IMG/VR virus record: IMGVR_UViG_3300035676_000001
DNA length: 64,000 nt
Strand: one strand, 5' to 3'
DNA from: a virus
Lineage: Duplodnaviria > Caudoviricetes
The notes under the pieces were generated by a model, which saw only the letters and a program-made list of their open reading frames with translations, was not told where the DNA came from and made no database searches. Positions 20,751 through 30,770 of the stretch are shown in pieces. Positions within the stretch are counted from its first letter, which is position 1. Each line of letters starts with the position of its first letter. The position numbers and the translations under genes are program-made.

Positions 20751-21379
20751 TAGATAAAGATAAAGTCTAGAGAGTTAAGAGCAGCATTATGCTGTATCTC
20801 AAAGCGATTAGAAGAGCCACTTGCCTGAACTCCAACAGTACCAATTACATCTAAGGTCCCTCTTGGATTTGTGGTTCCCACACCAACCGCACCAGAAACA
20901 TAAGCACCACCAGTAACTTGAAGTCTCTGTGATGCTGTTCCCGTTGTTGTACCAGATCCAATGAATACAGGTCCATTATTGAATGTGGAAATACCACTGA
21001 CTTGCAACTGAGAAAATGATGTAGCAGCAGAAACAACACGACCGATTGTTGCAACGCCTGTGATATTGGCATTTCGTACCGTAAGAATACCAGTAAGATT
21101 CGCATTACGGGCAGTTAGTTCATCAAAGACTAAATCATCAGCAACATAAAGATCACCACCAACATAAAGGTCTCCACCAGTGGTCGTAATTCCACCAGCA
21201 GAGGCAAGTGTGGTAACACCTGTTGTTTGTATATCACCAATTACATATAAACTTCTACTTCCAGCATTTGTCGTTCCAATTCCGACTTTTCCAGTAACCT
21301 GTAATACTGTTTTACTTTCAGTACTTGAAGTTACTCCTACGTTTAGTTGTGATTGTCTGCCGGAAAGAAACTTTGACAT
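20750..21379 (-). CDS. Tail fibre-like structural protein
   Basis: VGIGTTN modules. Confidence 0.7.
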   Translation of the reverse strand: MSKFLSGRQSQLNVGVTSSTESKTVLQVTGKVGIGTTNAGSRSLYVIGDIQTTGVTTLASAGGITTTGGDLYVGGDLYVADDLVFDELTARNANLTGILTVRNANITGVATIGRVVSAATSFSQLQVSGISTFNNGPVFIGSGTTTGTASQRLQVTGGAYVSGAVGVGTTNPRGTLDVIGTVGVQASGSSNRFEIQHNAALNSLDFIFI

Positions 21380-21380
21380 T

Positions 21381-21719
21381 TTAGTTAAGTGTTTCTAGAA
21401 CGCTACCAATAAACTTAATATTTGAACTATCTGCCGATAACTGAAGAACATCACCAGATTCAAGAACTAATTTTCCAAATAGCAAATCTGTTGAATCATT
21501 TCCAGGCACTGATAAATCCTTAACAATCTCCGTTGTGACTGCAATTCCTGAGACTGTTCTCTTATGTGAAAAAGAAATTGTATGAGTTGCAGTGTCAATA
21601 TTTGCTGCTTGTGCTAACAGTACAACACCAGAATAACCAGTTGGTGCCGTATAAATTCCAACTGTACTTGCAGTTGCTACTTTAGTAATTGTTTTAAATA
21701 CGTTTAATGGTAAAGCCAT
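21381..21719 (-). CDS. Small virion structural protein
   Basis: MALPLNVFKT...KLVLESGD, paralog of 10425..10751. Confidence 0.7.
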   Translation of the reverse strand: MALPLNVFKTITKVATASTVGIYTAPTGYSGVVLLAQAANIDTATHTISFSHKRTVSGIAVTTEIVKDLSVPGNDSTDLLFGKLVLESGDVLQLSADSSNIKFIGSVLETLN

Positions 21720-21723
21720 TTTA

Positions 21724-23586
21724 TTAGTCTCCTCCTAATGCTAGAATGAATGGTGTCATTGTTGAGAACAAACTCTTAGAATAGAACGTACCGGAAATAG
21801 TTCCTGTTGTCTGATTAATTGCTACACCCTCACCAATTCTGAAATTACCAGATTGATCTGTGCTTGTGTAAACAACCAGACCGCCATTTTTCATATCAAC
21901 TTCATTGTCCTGAATTGGTACACCACCAGCAAAAGGAAGAGCAGTTGTAATATCTGTTCCTGAACCAATATATTCAAAAGAATGCCCAGAAGCTAAAATT
22001 CTACTTTGTTTAAAGAATGGAATTGAAACACCAGCACCCACAACATATGGCACATTTTCATTTGTTGTAATTGTACAAACACCTGCAGAAATTGGAGTAG
22101 AACTTTGGATCGTATAATATGAAGGCGTTAATTGTATAGTAGCAGTTGCTGTATTTATTCCAACATCTGGAGCACTAATTGTAATCGTTGGAACTGAAGT
22201 ATATCCTCTACCACTTGAAACAATTTCAAAATCAACTACACTTCCATCACTAATTTCCGCAACTGCTTGAGCAGCAACTCCCCAAGTTGAAACTGTACTT
22301 GGATCTTGAATCGTAACTGTTGGAGTGGTAAGATATCCAGTTCCACCAGATCCAACAGTAATTTTTCCAACAGTGTAATATAATGTATCAAAATAAATTA
22401 CTTGTCCGTCAAATGGGCGAATGAGATTTAGTTTTGCAGTTCCACCAGAGTTATAAGTATGAGGTAAAGTAGAAGTTCCAACATTAACACTAAAAGTATA
22501 TGTTGTTGGTGTACTTAATACTGTAAAGACATAACCATTATTTCCACTTGGATATGTTACAATTCCAGGTCCAGAAGGGCAAGTAAAATTAAGACCAGAT
22601 ATTGAAACACCCACACCAACATCGAATCCGTGCTCATTGTCAGTGGTAATCGTTACAATACCAGTCGTATTAGTATACGTTGCATTAGTTACATTAAATG
22701 TTGGATTATTAAATGCTACTCTGAATGTATCAGCATTAACATCACTAGAGGTTGAAAGTATTCCAGTATATTTTCTTTGCCCAACACCATCAGAAACTAA
22801 ACCATAATTACCAAAAGATGAGTTAGAGTTTGTAAGGTCGCAAGCACCACCAGAAGAACAATAAACAGCAATATTTGGACAAATTGTGAACAGAGATACT
22901 AACTGAGCATATCCTTCATTCGTAATTGAAACACCAACTCCAGCACTATTATATTGCGTAAATGAATCAGTAACCATACTCTTGAGTGGTCCAAGAGCGT
23001 GATTGCCATCAATCTTCATTCCAATACTATCGGGAATGAAATTTGTACAGTTTCTAATATAAGGTGATTGATTAAAATATCTTAATGTATCTGGGTCAAA
23101 TGCTACAATTGCACCACCACCAGTTGATGCTCCAGTGAATGAAACTTCAGTAATGTAATTTCCAGGAGCAACGTGAAATAAATCGCCAGGATTTTGTGGG
23201 GTAATTGAAACCTCTCTTAAACTATCACCAACAATACTAACTTGTGGTGGAAGTTTAATAGGATTATTTTCTATATAAGATCCAGCAGCAACTTTAATAA
23301 CTGTTCCTGTTGTTGAGATTGCAACTGCTCCTGCGATTGTTGCTTTGGCGTCTCCAAGTTTGAATCCTGTGTTTGTATCTTTTCCGTCTTTTGTGACATA
23401 TAAAATATTTGTAACTGTTGTACCTGAGCCAATTCTTACTACTTCTGATCCGATACCTACTCTATTTCTTACAGCATAGAGTTCTGCATCATTAAGATTA
23501 TAGGCTAATTCGCCGTATTGTAGGGCTCCTTGTGCTGGTATTTTTCCAGGTACAGCAGAGCGTTTAATCCTAATCGGAGTTCCCAT
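21724..23586 (-). CDS. Virion structural protein with beta-helix-like region
   Basis: IRIKRSAVPGKIP...GELAYN N-terminus, SPYIRNCTNF...SMVTDSFTQ region. Confidence 0.75.
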   Translation of the reverse strand: MGTPIRIKRSAVPGKIPAQGALQYGELAYNLNDAELYAVRNRVGIGSEVVRIGSGTTVTNILYVTKDGKDTNTGFKLGDAKATIAGAVAISTTGTVIKVAAGSYIENNPIKLPPQVSIVGDSLREVSITPQNPGDLFHVAPGNYITEVSFTGASTGGGAIVAFDPDTLRYFNQSPYIRNCTNFIPDSIGMKIDGNHALGPLKSMVTDSFTQYNSAGVGVSITNEGYAQLVSLFTICPNIAVYCSSGGACDLTNSNSSFGNYGLVSDGVGQRKYTGILSTSSDVNADTFRVAFNNPTFNVTNATYTNTTGIVTITTDNEHGFDVGVGVSISGLNFTCPSGPGIVTYPSGNNGYVFTVLSTPTTYTFSVNVGTSTLPHTYNSGGTAKLNLIRPFDGQVIYFDTLYYTVGKITVGSGGTGYLTTPTVTIQDPSTVSTWGVAAQAVAEISDGSVVDFEIVSSGRGYTSVPTITISAPDVGINTATATIQLTPSYYTIQSSTPISAGVCTITTNENVPYVVGAGVSIPFFKQSRILASGHSFEYIGSGTDITTALPFAGGVPIQDNEVDMKNGGLVVYTSTDQSGNFRIGEGVAINQTTGTISGTFYSKSLFSTMTPFILALGGD

Positions 23587-23639
23587 TTATAATATGCGGT
23601 ATCTACCAGAAAGCAGTATGTACTGCCTCATATATTTAT

Positions 23640-24011
23640 TCAACTTGCATTATTCCTTCTTGGGCGATAAGCGTAAAGATTTGTAGGTGCTTCTGGTTTC
23701 ATCCAATTTTTAATCTTCTCATAGTTATCATATGAAAAGAAATCCTGATTATAATACCATTCTTCCCAAGGAGTATGTCCCTTAGATTGATTGCAAGAAT
23801 GGCAACAAGCAACTACATTTCTTGTAGTATCAGACCCACCTTTTGATTGAGGAACAATATGGTCTAATGTGAGATTATCTTCAGACTCACAATAGGCACA
23901 TCGGTTTTCCCATTTCTCTCTTATACTTCGCCTCCACATTCGTTTTGCTTCTGCTGAACTTGTCGTCTTAAGATTGAACAAGTATTGCTGAGGCGAAGCG
24001 AAGAGATCCAT
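23640..24011 (-). CDS. HNH endonuclease
   Basis: CAYC...LTLDHIVPQSKGG...NVVACCHSCNQSKG. ATG at 24011 preferred over track start. Confidence 0.85.
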   Translation of the reverse strand: MDLFASPQQYLFNLKTTSSAEAKRMWRRSIREKWENRCAYCESEDNLTLDHIVPQSKGGSDTTRNVVACCHSCNQSKGHTPWEEWYYNQDFFSYDNYEKIKNWMKPEAPTNLYAYRPRRNNAS

Positions 24012-24038
24012 AAGCACTTGCGACTTACGATTATTTAT

Positions 24039-24359
24039 TCATACGACCACAGGTTTCCCTTGACCTTGTGGAAGTTTTTTAACTGGTTGCATCGGTTGCC
24101 TTCCCCTTAGGTTATAAGGATCAATACCTTCTGGAATTGGATCATCCCACTTGCCACCCACAATTTCATTCGTTGGAAGTGCTTTTGGAATCTCAACATC
24201 AATCACAGGACTCATCAGAATCTTATTGCGAGTATAAGTTCGATTCTGTGGATCAAAAGAAACCATAGCAAGAGCATCAAACTCTTCACCACAGTCTAAA
24301 AGTTTTCTTCCAGTCTTGGTCTCAATGACTGAATAATATTCTTCATTATACTTTTTCAT
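24039..24359 (-). CDS. Conserved cyanophage hypothetical protein
   Basis: Track ORF, YSVIETKTGRKLLDCG. Confidence 0.65.
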   Translation of the reverse strand: MKKYNEEYYSVIETKTGRKLLDCGEEFDALAMVSFDPQNRTYTRNKILMSPVIDVEIPKALPTNEIVGGKWDDPIPEGIDPYNLRGRQPMQPVKKLPQGQGKPVVV

Positions 24360-24586
24360 CTTCTATTTCTTTTTCTTCATTATAAGATGGTTCTGGTTTT
24401 CTGTAAAGACCAGGCCAAGTATCTCTAATAATTTCTGCGAGTTTATATGGAGTTGTGGACGATATCATAAGTCTTGTGTGATGGACAATATAAACATAAA
24501 AATTCCAAAGAGTTGAAAAAGTATGAGTATGAGAAGCATAAAAAAAGGAGTTCTTGTGGAACTCCCTTATTTATTTTTATAGGAGA

Positions 24587-24721
24587 TTAAGATCCTCCCT
24601 GTGAATAAACAGGTTGCAAAATTCCTCCATCTTGGTCATCGTCATCATCATGATTCTCAGTGAAAATAACGATAGCAGCGAATACAAAGATAACCAAGTA
24701 TAGAAGGTATTGTGTGGTCAC
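24587..24721 (-). CDS. Small membrane protein with acidic tract
   Basis: Hand translation [47 protein letters not shown] start overlapping the psbD stop. Confidence 0.55.
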   Translation of the reverse strand: MTTQYLLYLVIFVFAAIVIFTENHDDDDDQDGGILQPVYSQGGS

Positions 24722-25779
24722 AGTGCGTTGCCCCTTGGAAGAACTTCCTCTGGGAACACAAAGTTCTCATGAGGTTGGTCTACTGGAGCCATCCAAGCAC
24801 GAAGACCTTCATTCAGAAGAATGTTCTTAGTGTAGAAGGTTTCAAACTCAGGATCCTCTGCTGCACGAATCTCCTGACTTACGAAATCATAAGCGCGAAG
24901 ATTAAGAGCGAGACCAATAATACCAATAGATGATGTCCAAAGCCCCATGACAGGCACAAATAACATGAAGAAATGAAGCCAACGCTTGTTGCTGAAAGCA
25001 ATACCAAATATCTGCGACCAGAAGCGGTTCGCAGTAACCATCGAATAAGTCTCTTCTTCTTGCGTAGGTTCAAATGCTTTGAAAGTGTTCGCTTGTTCAC
25101 CGTCTTCAAATAGAGTGTTTTCTACAGTTGCTCCGTGAATTGCACAGAGCAGTGCTCCACCTAGTATACCAGCAACTCCCATCATATGGAATGGGTTGAG
25201 GGTCCAGTTGTGGAAACCCTGAAGGAAAAGAAGGAACCTGAAGATTGCTGCCACACCAAATGAGGGTGCAAAGAACCAACTGGATTGTCCCAGTGGATAC
25301 ATCAGGAATACAGAAACGAATACTGCAATAGGACCAGAAAACGCAATAGCATTATAAGGACGGATGCCGACCAGACGAGCAATCTCAAACTGGCGAAGCA
25401 TAAATCCAATCAAACTAAAGGCGCCGTGGAGTGCCACAAAAGTCCAGAGTCCCCCAAGTTGGCACCACCTGACGAAATCCCCCTGAGCTTCAGGACCCCA
25501 GAGCAGAAGAAGAGAATGACCCATAGAGTCTGCTGGAGTACTAACTGCCGCAGTAAGAAAGTTTGCACCCTCAAGATAGGAACTTGCCAACCCGTGAGTA
25601 TACCAACTCGTAACGAAAGTTGTCCCAGTAAGCCAACCGCCAAGAGCAAGGTAAGCAGTGGGAAAAAGAAGAAGTCCAGACCAGCCAACAAAAACGAAAC
25701 GATCTCGCTTAACCCAGTCGTCGAGTACATCAAACCATCCCCTTTGTTGAATAGGTTGTGAAAGTGTTGAAGAAGTCAT
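24718..25779 (-). CDS. psbD: Photosystem II D2 protein
   Basis: [21 protein letters not shown]...[10 protein letters not shown]. Confidence 0.98.
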   Translation of the reverse strand: MTSSTLSQPIQQRGWFDVLDDWVKRDRFVFVGWSGLLLFPTAYLALGGWLTGTTFVTSWYTHGLASSYLEGANFLTAAVSTPADSMGHSLLLLWGPEAQGDFVRWCQLGGLWTFVALHGAFSLIGFMLRQFEIARLVGIRPYNAIAFSGPIAVFVSVFLMYPLGQSSWFFAPSFGVAAIFRFLLFLQGFHNWTLNPFHMMGVAGILGGALLCAIHGATVENTLFEDGEQANTFKAFEPTQEEETYSMVTANRFWSQIFGIAFSNKRWLHFFMLFVPVMGLWTSSIGIIGLALNLRAYDFVSQEIRAAEDPEFETFYTKNILLNEGLRAWMAPVDQPHENFVFPEEVLPRGNAL

Positions 25780-25800
25780 AGCCTCCCTAGTGATTTCTCA

Positions 25801-25834
25801 TATTTATGTTAACATATCTTAACAGAGAGGTCAA
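25801..25834 (-). promoter_or_regulatory. psbD sigma70-like promoter plus late promoter
   Basis: TTGACC-17-TAACAT overlapping CATAAATA. Confidence 0.55.
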
Positions 25835-25840
25835 TGAGTA

Positions 25841-26278
25841 TTAGTGCTCATCCCTATGCCGTTTAACATACTCAATCATATTTCTAATTAATTCAACATC
25901 TTCATTTACATAACCAATAGTTCTGTTACAGACATTGCAGAGAAGTCCACGAACCTCACCAGTTTTATGATTGTGGTCAACATAAAAAACATCTACTCCA
26001 CCACCTCTACCAGATTTTCTACCTTTCGGGTCAGTGGAATTGCAAATAGCACACTTATGCCCTTGTTTTTCTAACAGAGTATTATATTCCTCAATACCAA
26101 TACCATAAACTCTTTTCAAATTTTCATCCCTCTTTTTTACTGGGTCGTAATTTTCTTGTTGCTTTTTTACATAACATTTTTTACATTTTCCGTGATGCCC
26201 ATATGGACTACCGTTTCTTACAGTTTGATAGAACTCCGTAAGTGGCTTTAACTGATTGCAGATTTTACAAGTTTTCAT
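25841..26278 (-). CDS. Free-standing homing endonuclease, Endonuclease VII family (F-CphI-like)
   Basis: CAIC...VDHNHKTGEVRGLLCNVCN motif. Position between psbA and psbD as known for F-CphI in S-PM2. Confidence 0.85.
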   Translation of the reverse strand: MKTCKICNQLKPLTEFYQTVRNGSPYGHHGKCKKCYVKKQQENYDPVKKRDENLKRVYGIGIEEYNTLLEKQGHKCAICNSTDPKGRKSGRGGGVDVFYVDHNHKTGEVRGLLCNVCNRTIGYVNEDVELIRNMIEYVKRHRDEH

Positions 26279-26330
26279 AGTCGGTTTAGTTGTTAAAGTT
26301 ATTATACCATAACTTTAAGTATTTAGCAAT

Positions 26331-26352
26331 AAAAAAGACCCCTTTCGGGGTC
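26331..26352 (-). terminator. psbA intrinsic terminator
   Basis: GACCCC-GAAA-GGGGTC-TTTTTT. Confidence 0.85.
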
Positions 26353-26374
26353 TCCGTTAGAAAAATCTAACTTA

Positions 26375-27457
26375 TCAACCAATCGCAGGAGCAGTCAAAG
26401 CAACAGGAGTTGCTTCGGCAGCAGCAAGGTCTAGTGGAAAGTTATGGGCGTTTCTCTCATGCATCACTTCCATTCCGAGTCCAGCACGGTTCAGGACATC
26501 TGCCCAAGTATTGAGCACACGACCCTGACTATCCAGAATACTCTGATTGAAATTCAGTCCGTTGAGATTAAAAGCCATGGTGCTAACACCAAGAGCAGTG
26601 AACCAAATACCAACTACTGGCCACGCCGCTAAAAAGAAGTGCAGCGAACGGGAATTATTAAAGGAAGCATATTGGAAAATAAGGCGTCCGAAATAACCGT
26701 GAGCAGCAACGATGTTGTAGGTCTCTTCTTCTTGACCGAACTTGTAACCATAGTTCTGCGACTCATTCTCAGTGGTTTCACGAACCAGCGAGGAAGTAAC
26801 CAGAGAACCGTGCATAGCACTGAACAGAGAACCACCGAAGACACCAGCAACTCCAAGCATGTGGAAGGGGTGCATCAGGATGTTGTGCTCTGCCTGGAAC
26901 ACAAGCATGTAGTTAAAAGTACCAGAGATACCCAGGGGCATCGCATCAGAGAAAGAACCTTGACCGAAAGGATAGACCAGGAATACAGCAGATGCAGCAG
27001 CAACAGGTGCCGAGTAAGCAACACAGATCCAAGGACGCATACCCAGGCGGTAGGAGAGTTCCCACTCACGACCCATGTAAGCGTAGATACCAATCAGGAA
27101 GTGGAACACAACCAGTTGGAACGGACCACCGTTGTAAAGCCACTCATCTAGGGAAGCAGCTTCCCAGATGGGGTAAAAGTGCAGTCCAATAGCATTGGAC
27201 GAAGGAATAACAGCACCAGAGATGATGTTGTTTCCGTACATGAGTGAACCAGCAACGGGTTCACGGATACCATCAATGTCCACAGGGGGAGCACCGATGA
27301 ATGCGATGATGAAACAAGTCGTAGCAGCAAGCAGGCAAGGAATCATCAGGACTCCAAACCAACCGACATAAAGACGATTATCGGTTGAAGTAACCCAATT
27401 GCAGAACTGTTCCCAAGTATTCGATTGTGATTTTTGACGTGAAAGTGTAGCAGTCAT
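26375..27457 (-). CDS. psbA: Photosystem II D1 protein, no intron
   Basis: Continuous 360-aa D1 ending [14 protein letters not shown]. Confidence 0.99.
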   Translation of the reverse strand: MTATLSRQKSQSNTWEQFCNWVTSTDNRLYVGWFGVLMIPCLLAATTCFIIAFIGAPPVDIDGIREPVAGSLMYGNNIISGAVIPSSNAIGLHFYPIWEAASLDEWLYNGGPFQLVVFHFLIGIYAYMGREWELSYRLGMRPWICVAYSAPVAAASAVFLVYPFGQGSFSDAMPLGISGTFNYMLVFQAEHNILMHPFHMLGVAGVFGGSLFSAMHGSLVTSSLVRETTENESQNYGYKFGQEEETYNIVAAHGYFGRLIFQYASFNNSRSLHFFLAAWPVVGIWFTALGVSTMAFNLNGLNFNQSILDSQGRVLNTWADVLNRAGLGMEVMHERNAHNFPLDLAAAEATPVALTAPAIG

Positions 27458-27469
27458 TTTTAATAAACA

Positions 27470-27545
27470 GGTAGTAAGACCATCAGGGAAATGGTGGAGT
27501 TACTATGCTCCCGCCACCCTCAGGCGGGATATGAGAGACGTAATT
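27470..27545 (-). ncRNA. psbA 5' leader RNA, PhotoRC-II-like
   Basis: Hairpins TCCCGCC/GGCGGGA and ACCAT/ATGGT between TATAAAT and the psbA start. Family name from recollection of the PhotoRC motifs. Confidence 0.6.
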
Positions 27546-27650
27546 TATACACCCATAGGTCTCGGTTAACGGGTGTTGACAATGTTAAGAAATATGAGTA
27601 TTTCGTAACATTTGTTTACCTATTTATCATACTACGGTCTGGTTCTGGTG

Positions 27651-27815
27651 TCAAGCCCTGTACTCTTCAATCTTATCCAGGACTTTGTTGAGATAATGAT
27701 GCGCCAACCACTTTGGATCGTACCCAGTCTTATTCATCCACTCGTTATCCAAGTCCTTTTTCAATTTAAGAACTTGAACTCTCATCTCATCTTTAGTTAG
27801 TTGATTTCTAGGCAT
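27651..27815 (-). CDS. Conserved cyanophage hypothetical protein
   Basis: Hand translation MPRNQLTKDEMRVQVLKLKKDL...LDKIEEYRA. Confidence 0.6.
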   Translation of the reverse strand: MPRNQLTKDEMRVQVLKLKKDLDNEWMNKTGYDPKWLAHHYLNKVLDKIEEYRA

Positions 27816-27862
27816 AAAAAAAGGACCCTCTTCTTTATATAGAAAAAGGTCCTCTTAATTTA

Positions 27863-28390
27863 TCAGACCTGTGCGGTTTCCCTCACAGTTGTTTTCACAT
27901 ATTCAAATACTGCTTCTGGAGTAGTTTCTTCATAAGGGTCAGTGTCGGCATTATCACGCTGCCCTGCTTCAACAAACAGTTTTTCAATAACACCGTTGTC
28001 TACCACAGCAGCGTAACGCCAACTGCGCTGACCGAAGCCAAGATTCGACTTGCTGACGAGCATACCCATCGAACGGGTGAAGTATGAGTTTCCATCGGGA
28101 ATCAGTTTTACATTTTGGATGTTTTGGTCTTGTGCCCAGGCATTCATTACAAATCCGTCATTAACAGAAATGCAGTAAATAGCATCCACACCAAGACTAA
28201 TAAAATCATCAAACTTCTCTTCAAAACCAGGCAGTTGATATGCACTGCAGGTAGGAGTAAATGCACCAGGAAGTGAGAAGATAACTACACGCTTACCATC
28301 AAAGAGTTCTGCGGAAGTGCGTGTTACAAATTCTCCATTTTCACGAAATTGAAATTGGACTTCGGGAATAGTATAACCTTCTTTACGCAT
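27863..28390 (-). CDS. Peroxiredoxin (PRX5-like)
   Basis: FSLPGAFTPTCS motif. GGAGG RBS before ATG 28390. Confidence 0.9.
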   Translation of the reverse strand: MRKEGYTIPEVQFQFRENGEFVTRTSAELFDGKRVVIFSLPGAFTPTCSAYQLPGFEEKFDDFISLGVDAIYCISVNDGFVMNAWAQDQNIQNVKLIPDGNSYFTRSMGMLVSKSNLGFGQRSWRYAAVVDNGVIEKLFVEAGQRDNADTDPYEETTPEAVFEYVKTTVRETAQV

Positions 28391-28401
28391 TTTAACCTCC
28401 A

Positions 28402-28521
28402 TCAGAACACACCAGGAATGATTTGTCCAGTGACCAGATACGAACCAGCAGCAGCAACGAATCCAATCATCGCAGCCCAACCATTAATGCGTTCTGCTTT
28501 TTCAGTAAAAATTTTGTTCAT
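28402..28521 (-). CDS. hli: High-light inducible protein
   Basis: Not in track. MNKIFTEKAERINGWAAMIGFVAAAGSYLVTGQIIPGVF (ExxNGxxAMxG). Confidence 0.9.
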   Translation of the reverse strand: MNKIFTEKAERINGWAAMIGFVAAAGSYLVTGQIIPGVF

Positions 28522-28820
28522 TTGTTTTCTCCTTTATAAGGGTGTTGTTGTTTAAGTTCTGGATTGGGTTGGGAGAAGACCATAGGACTTTTGGTTTTAT
28601 TTTTGATAACAATAAAAGCGTCGTTCTGATATGATACGGTCCCAAATGGCTTTGCCCACTTTGCATTTGCTTCTGGGTGAGTCGCAGTTCCAGTTACTGC
28701 TACACCACCGATTTCAACAGAGAGTTTATCATTTTTATCCCAAGTACCTTCTTCTATAAGTTGTTGAAGAGCAATACTAAGTTGCCCCAACATATCACCA
28801 GTTACCACAGCAGCATTCAT
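28518..28820 (-). CDS. Conserved cyanophage hypothetical protein
   Basis: Track ORF, start moved to MNAAVV. Confidence 0.6.
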   Translation of the reverse strand: MNAAVVTGDMLGQLSIALQQLIEEGTWDKNDKLSVEIGGVAVTGTATHPEANAKWAKPFGTVSYQNDAFIVIKNKTKSPMVFSQPNPELKQQHPYKGENK

Positions 28821-28906
28821 CAATAAGTTTCCGCAACTTTCTCTACAGCATAACACAGAAGCACAAAAAAGGCAACTGAGGTAATAGTGAAAATTGTTTC
28901 AGTCAT
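28820..28906 (-). CDS. Small membrane peptide
   Basis: MTETIFTITSVAFFVLLCYAVEKVAETY, start and stop overlap both neighbours. Confidence 0.5.
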   Translation of the reverse strand: MTETIFTITSVAFFVLLCYAVEKVAETY

Positions 28907-29100
28907 CAGAAGATACCGAAGAAGAAGTTGCCAGTGCTAACATAAGAAATGATGCCAGCAACAAAACCGACCATTGCCCAGCGCCCATTAGTCCTCTCCT
29001 TTACTTGATTAGGTGTGAGCATACCATAGTTCTCATAATACATGGTGGGCTCTTTGGCAAACATATTTTGTTGCCCATACTCATTAGTTGTTACAGTCAT
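28906..29100 (-). CDS. hli: High-light inducible protein with N-terminal extension
   Basis: KERTNGRWAMVG motif, start MTVTTNEYG. Confidence 0.9.
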   Translation of the reverse strand: MTVTTNEYGQQNMFAKEPTMYYENYGMLTPNQVKERTNGRWAMVGFVAGIISYVSTGNFFFGIF

Positions 29101-29127
29101 TGTACATTCATTAAGAATTGTTACACA

Positions 29128-29166
29128 ATTATATAGCAAAAATAAAGGGGCGTCAAGCCCCCTTTG
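29128..29166 (-). promoter_or_regulatory. Sigma70 promoter fused with terminator hairpin (hli operon)
   Basis: TTGACG-17-TATAAT, -35 in loop of GGGGC/GCCCC hairpin. Confidence 0.8.
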
Positions 29167-29169
29167 TGT

Positions 29170-29964
29170 TTATTTGTTTTCAAATCCTGGCGGTAGAGTT
29201 CCAAAATAAGGGTCATAGTCAAAGATTGCATTCCAGTCCTCAATGTTTGAGGAATCATTTCTCCAAAATTGCCAGAGACCTTCATAACTTGACTTATGGA
29301 AAACATCAATATGGTCAGTATGAATAGAAGACCCTAATTCAATCTTATAAAGAAACAGAGGAATCGCATAAGTATTCCCAGAATTGTAAATCAAGTCATC
29401 AGCGACTGCTCTTGGTTTAACTCCGTTATCAATCTTATACTTATCACCACGAACATGCAAATCAATTAATTTTTGTGCATGATGTCTTGTAATCAAGTAG
29501 CAAGCAGTAGAAAAGTCATTCACAAATCTACGATGCAATTTCAAATGAACCTGTGCAGGATTAATGATTGCAAGTTGAACTACATCATAAGCATAAGGAA
29601 TCTTAGAAAAGAAATCTTTCCAACTGAATCCCCAGTGCTTAACAGGTTCTAAATCACAATCATCCTCCATAATCAAAGCACAAGGAGAATCAGAGTTCTC
29701 TAAGAAGTGCTTCAGTGCCTTCAAATGAGATGTAGTGCAACCTACCTCACCAGAAGACATCATATCAGGATAACGACCTTTGAGGATGTCTCCAAGGTCT
29801 CTACCATCCCTACCATCATAAGCAGAGATGCGAGTATAGTTTTCAATCTCCCAATACTTAAATTGACCTTCCATATACTCTGCTCTTTCTGGTTGTTCAT
29901 CCAGATTGAGATAATAGATGGGAGGAAGACCCTTAAGTTTATATACTGCCTTATTTCTATCCAT
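29170..29964 (-). CDS. Glycosyltransferase family 25-like
   Basis: YYLNLDEQPER...GEVGCTTSHLKAL...IMEDD. Confidence 0.85.
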   Translation of the reverse strand: MDRNKAVYKLKGLPPIYYLNLDEQPERAEYMEGQFKYWEIENYTRISAYDGRDGRDLGDILKGRYPDMMSSGEVGCTTSHLKALKHFLENSDSPCALIMEDDCDLEPVKHWGFSWKDFFSKIPYAYDVVQLAIINPAQVHLKLHRRFVNDFSTACYLITRHHAQKLIDLHVRGDKYKIDNGVKPRAVADDLIYNSGNTYAIPLFLYKIELGSSIHTDHIDVFHKSSYEGLWQFWRNDSSNIEDWNAIFDYDPYFGTLPPGFENK

Positions 29965-30770
29965 TAGATTCTAGCCCAACGCTCAGGAATTAAATCTTTA
30001 GTGTCTTTATCTTGATTACCTTCACCAAACCACTTTTCAGGAGCCACAACATCATCAGATTCAGATAACCAGGCACCCCACCAACTGAAAGAAGAGTTAG
30101 CAATAATGTGTTGTTTACAAAGACTCATCAGACACAAATCAACATATTGGTCACCAGATTCAGAAATCATAAACCTATCATCGGAGAATAGGTCTTGTTC
30201 TTTACACCATTCAGGGTCATCAGAAAATACAATGACTGTTGAAGTATCATTAAAATGCTTAAGTGCCTTTTGATAATACTCCAAATCAAGTGCGGTATGA
30301 TTTGGATTCTGAAGATAATCTGTGCGACGAACATGAAGACTGATTGCTTCTCCAACTGAACCAATCATTTCTTTACAAGGTTCTAGAATCTCATCCTTAA
30401 ACGAAAAGTCCGCACGAATCTCATCCTCAATATGTTTGAAGTATTTTTCAGATTGAAAGAATCCAGCAAGACTAATCTCATCAGGGCACATCGTGAAGAG
30501 TGTTTCATCAAAATGAAAATATCTTTCTTCTGCTACTGGTGCATATCCCCTATCTAAAAGTTTAATATTATGAGGGAGAACATGTAACATTTTGAATGGA
30601 TAGAAGAGTTCAATCTTCAAATCAAATCCATAAGGATCTTTAGTTACTTGATTGTGATTGGGAATACAAAAATCATATCCGCGACGACGAGCAATACCTC
30701 TCAGAGAAGCATATTGGAACATTTGATTTCCAAGTCTTCCAAGTTGCCCAAGATAATTAAACGCTAGCAT
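29964..30770 (-). CDS. Alpha-1,2-fucosyltransferase (GT11)
   Basis: GRLGNQMFQYA...SLHVRRTDY...IIANSSFSWWGAWL. Confidence 0.9.
   Translation of the reverse strand: MLAFNYLGQLGRLGNQMFQYASLRGIARRRGYDFCIPNHNQVTKDPYGFDLKIELFYPFKMLHVLPHNIKLLDRGYAPVAEERYFHFDETLFTMCPDEISLAGFFQSEKYFKHIEDEIRADFSFKDEILEPCKEMIGSVGEAISLHVRRTDYLQNPNHTALDLEYYQKALKHFNDTSTVIVFSDDPEWCKEQDLFSDDRFMISESGDQYVDLCLMSLCKQHIIANSSFSWWGAWLSESDDVVAPEKWFGEGNQDKDTKDLIPERWARI

Noticed and set aside
26375-27457. Group I intron in psbA
   Set aside because: D1 is continuous and of normal length through the usual insertion region.
27863-28480. Track N-terminal extensions (peroxiredoxin to 28480, porin to 49167, autotransporter to 57117, lysozyme to 57875)
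   Set aside because: Extensions overlap hli, leaders or neighbouring genes. Downstream ATGs fit RBS or signal-peptide positions better.
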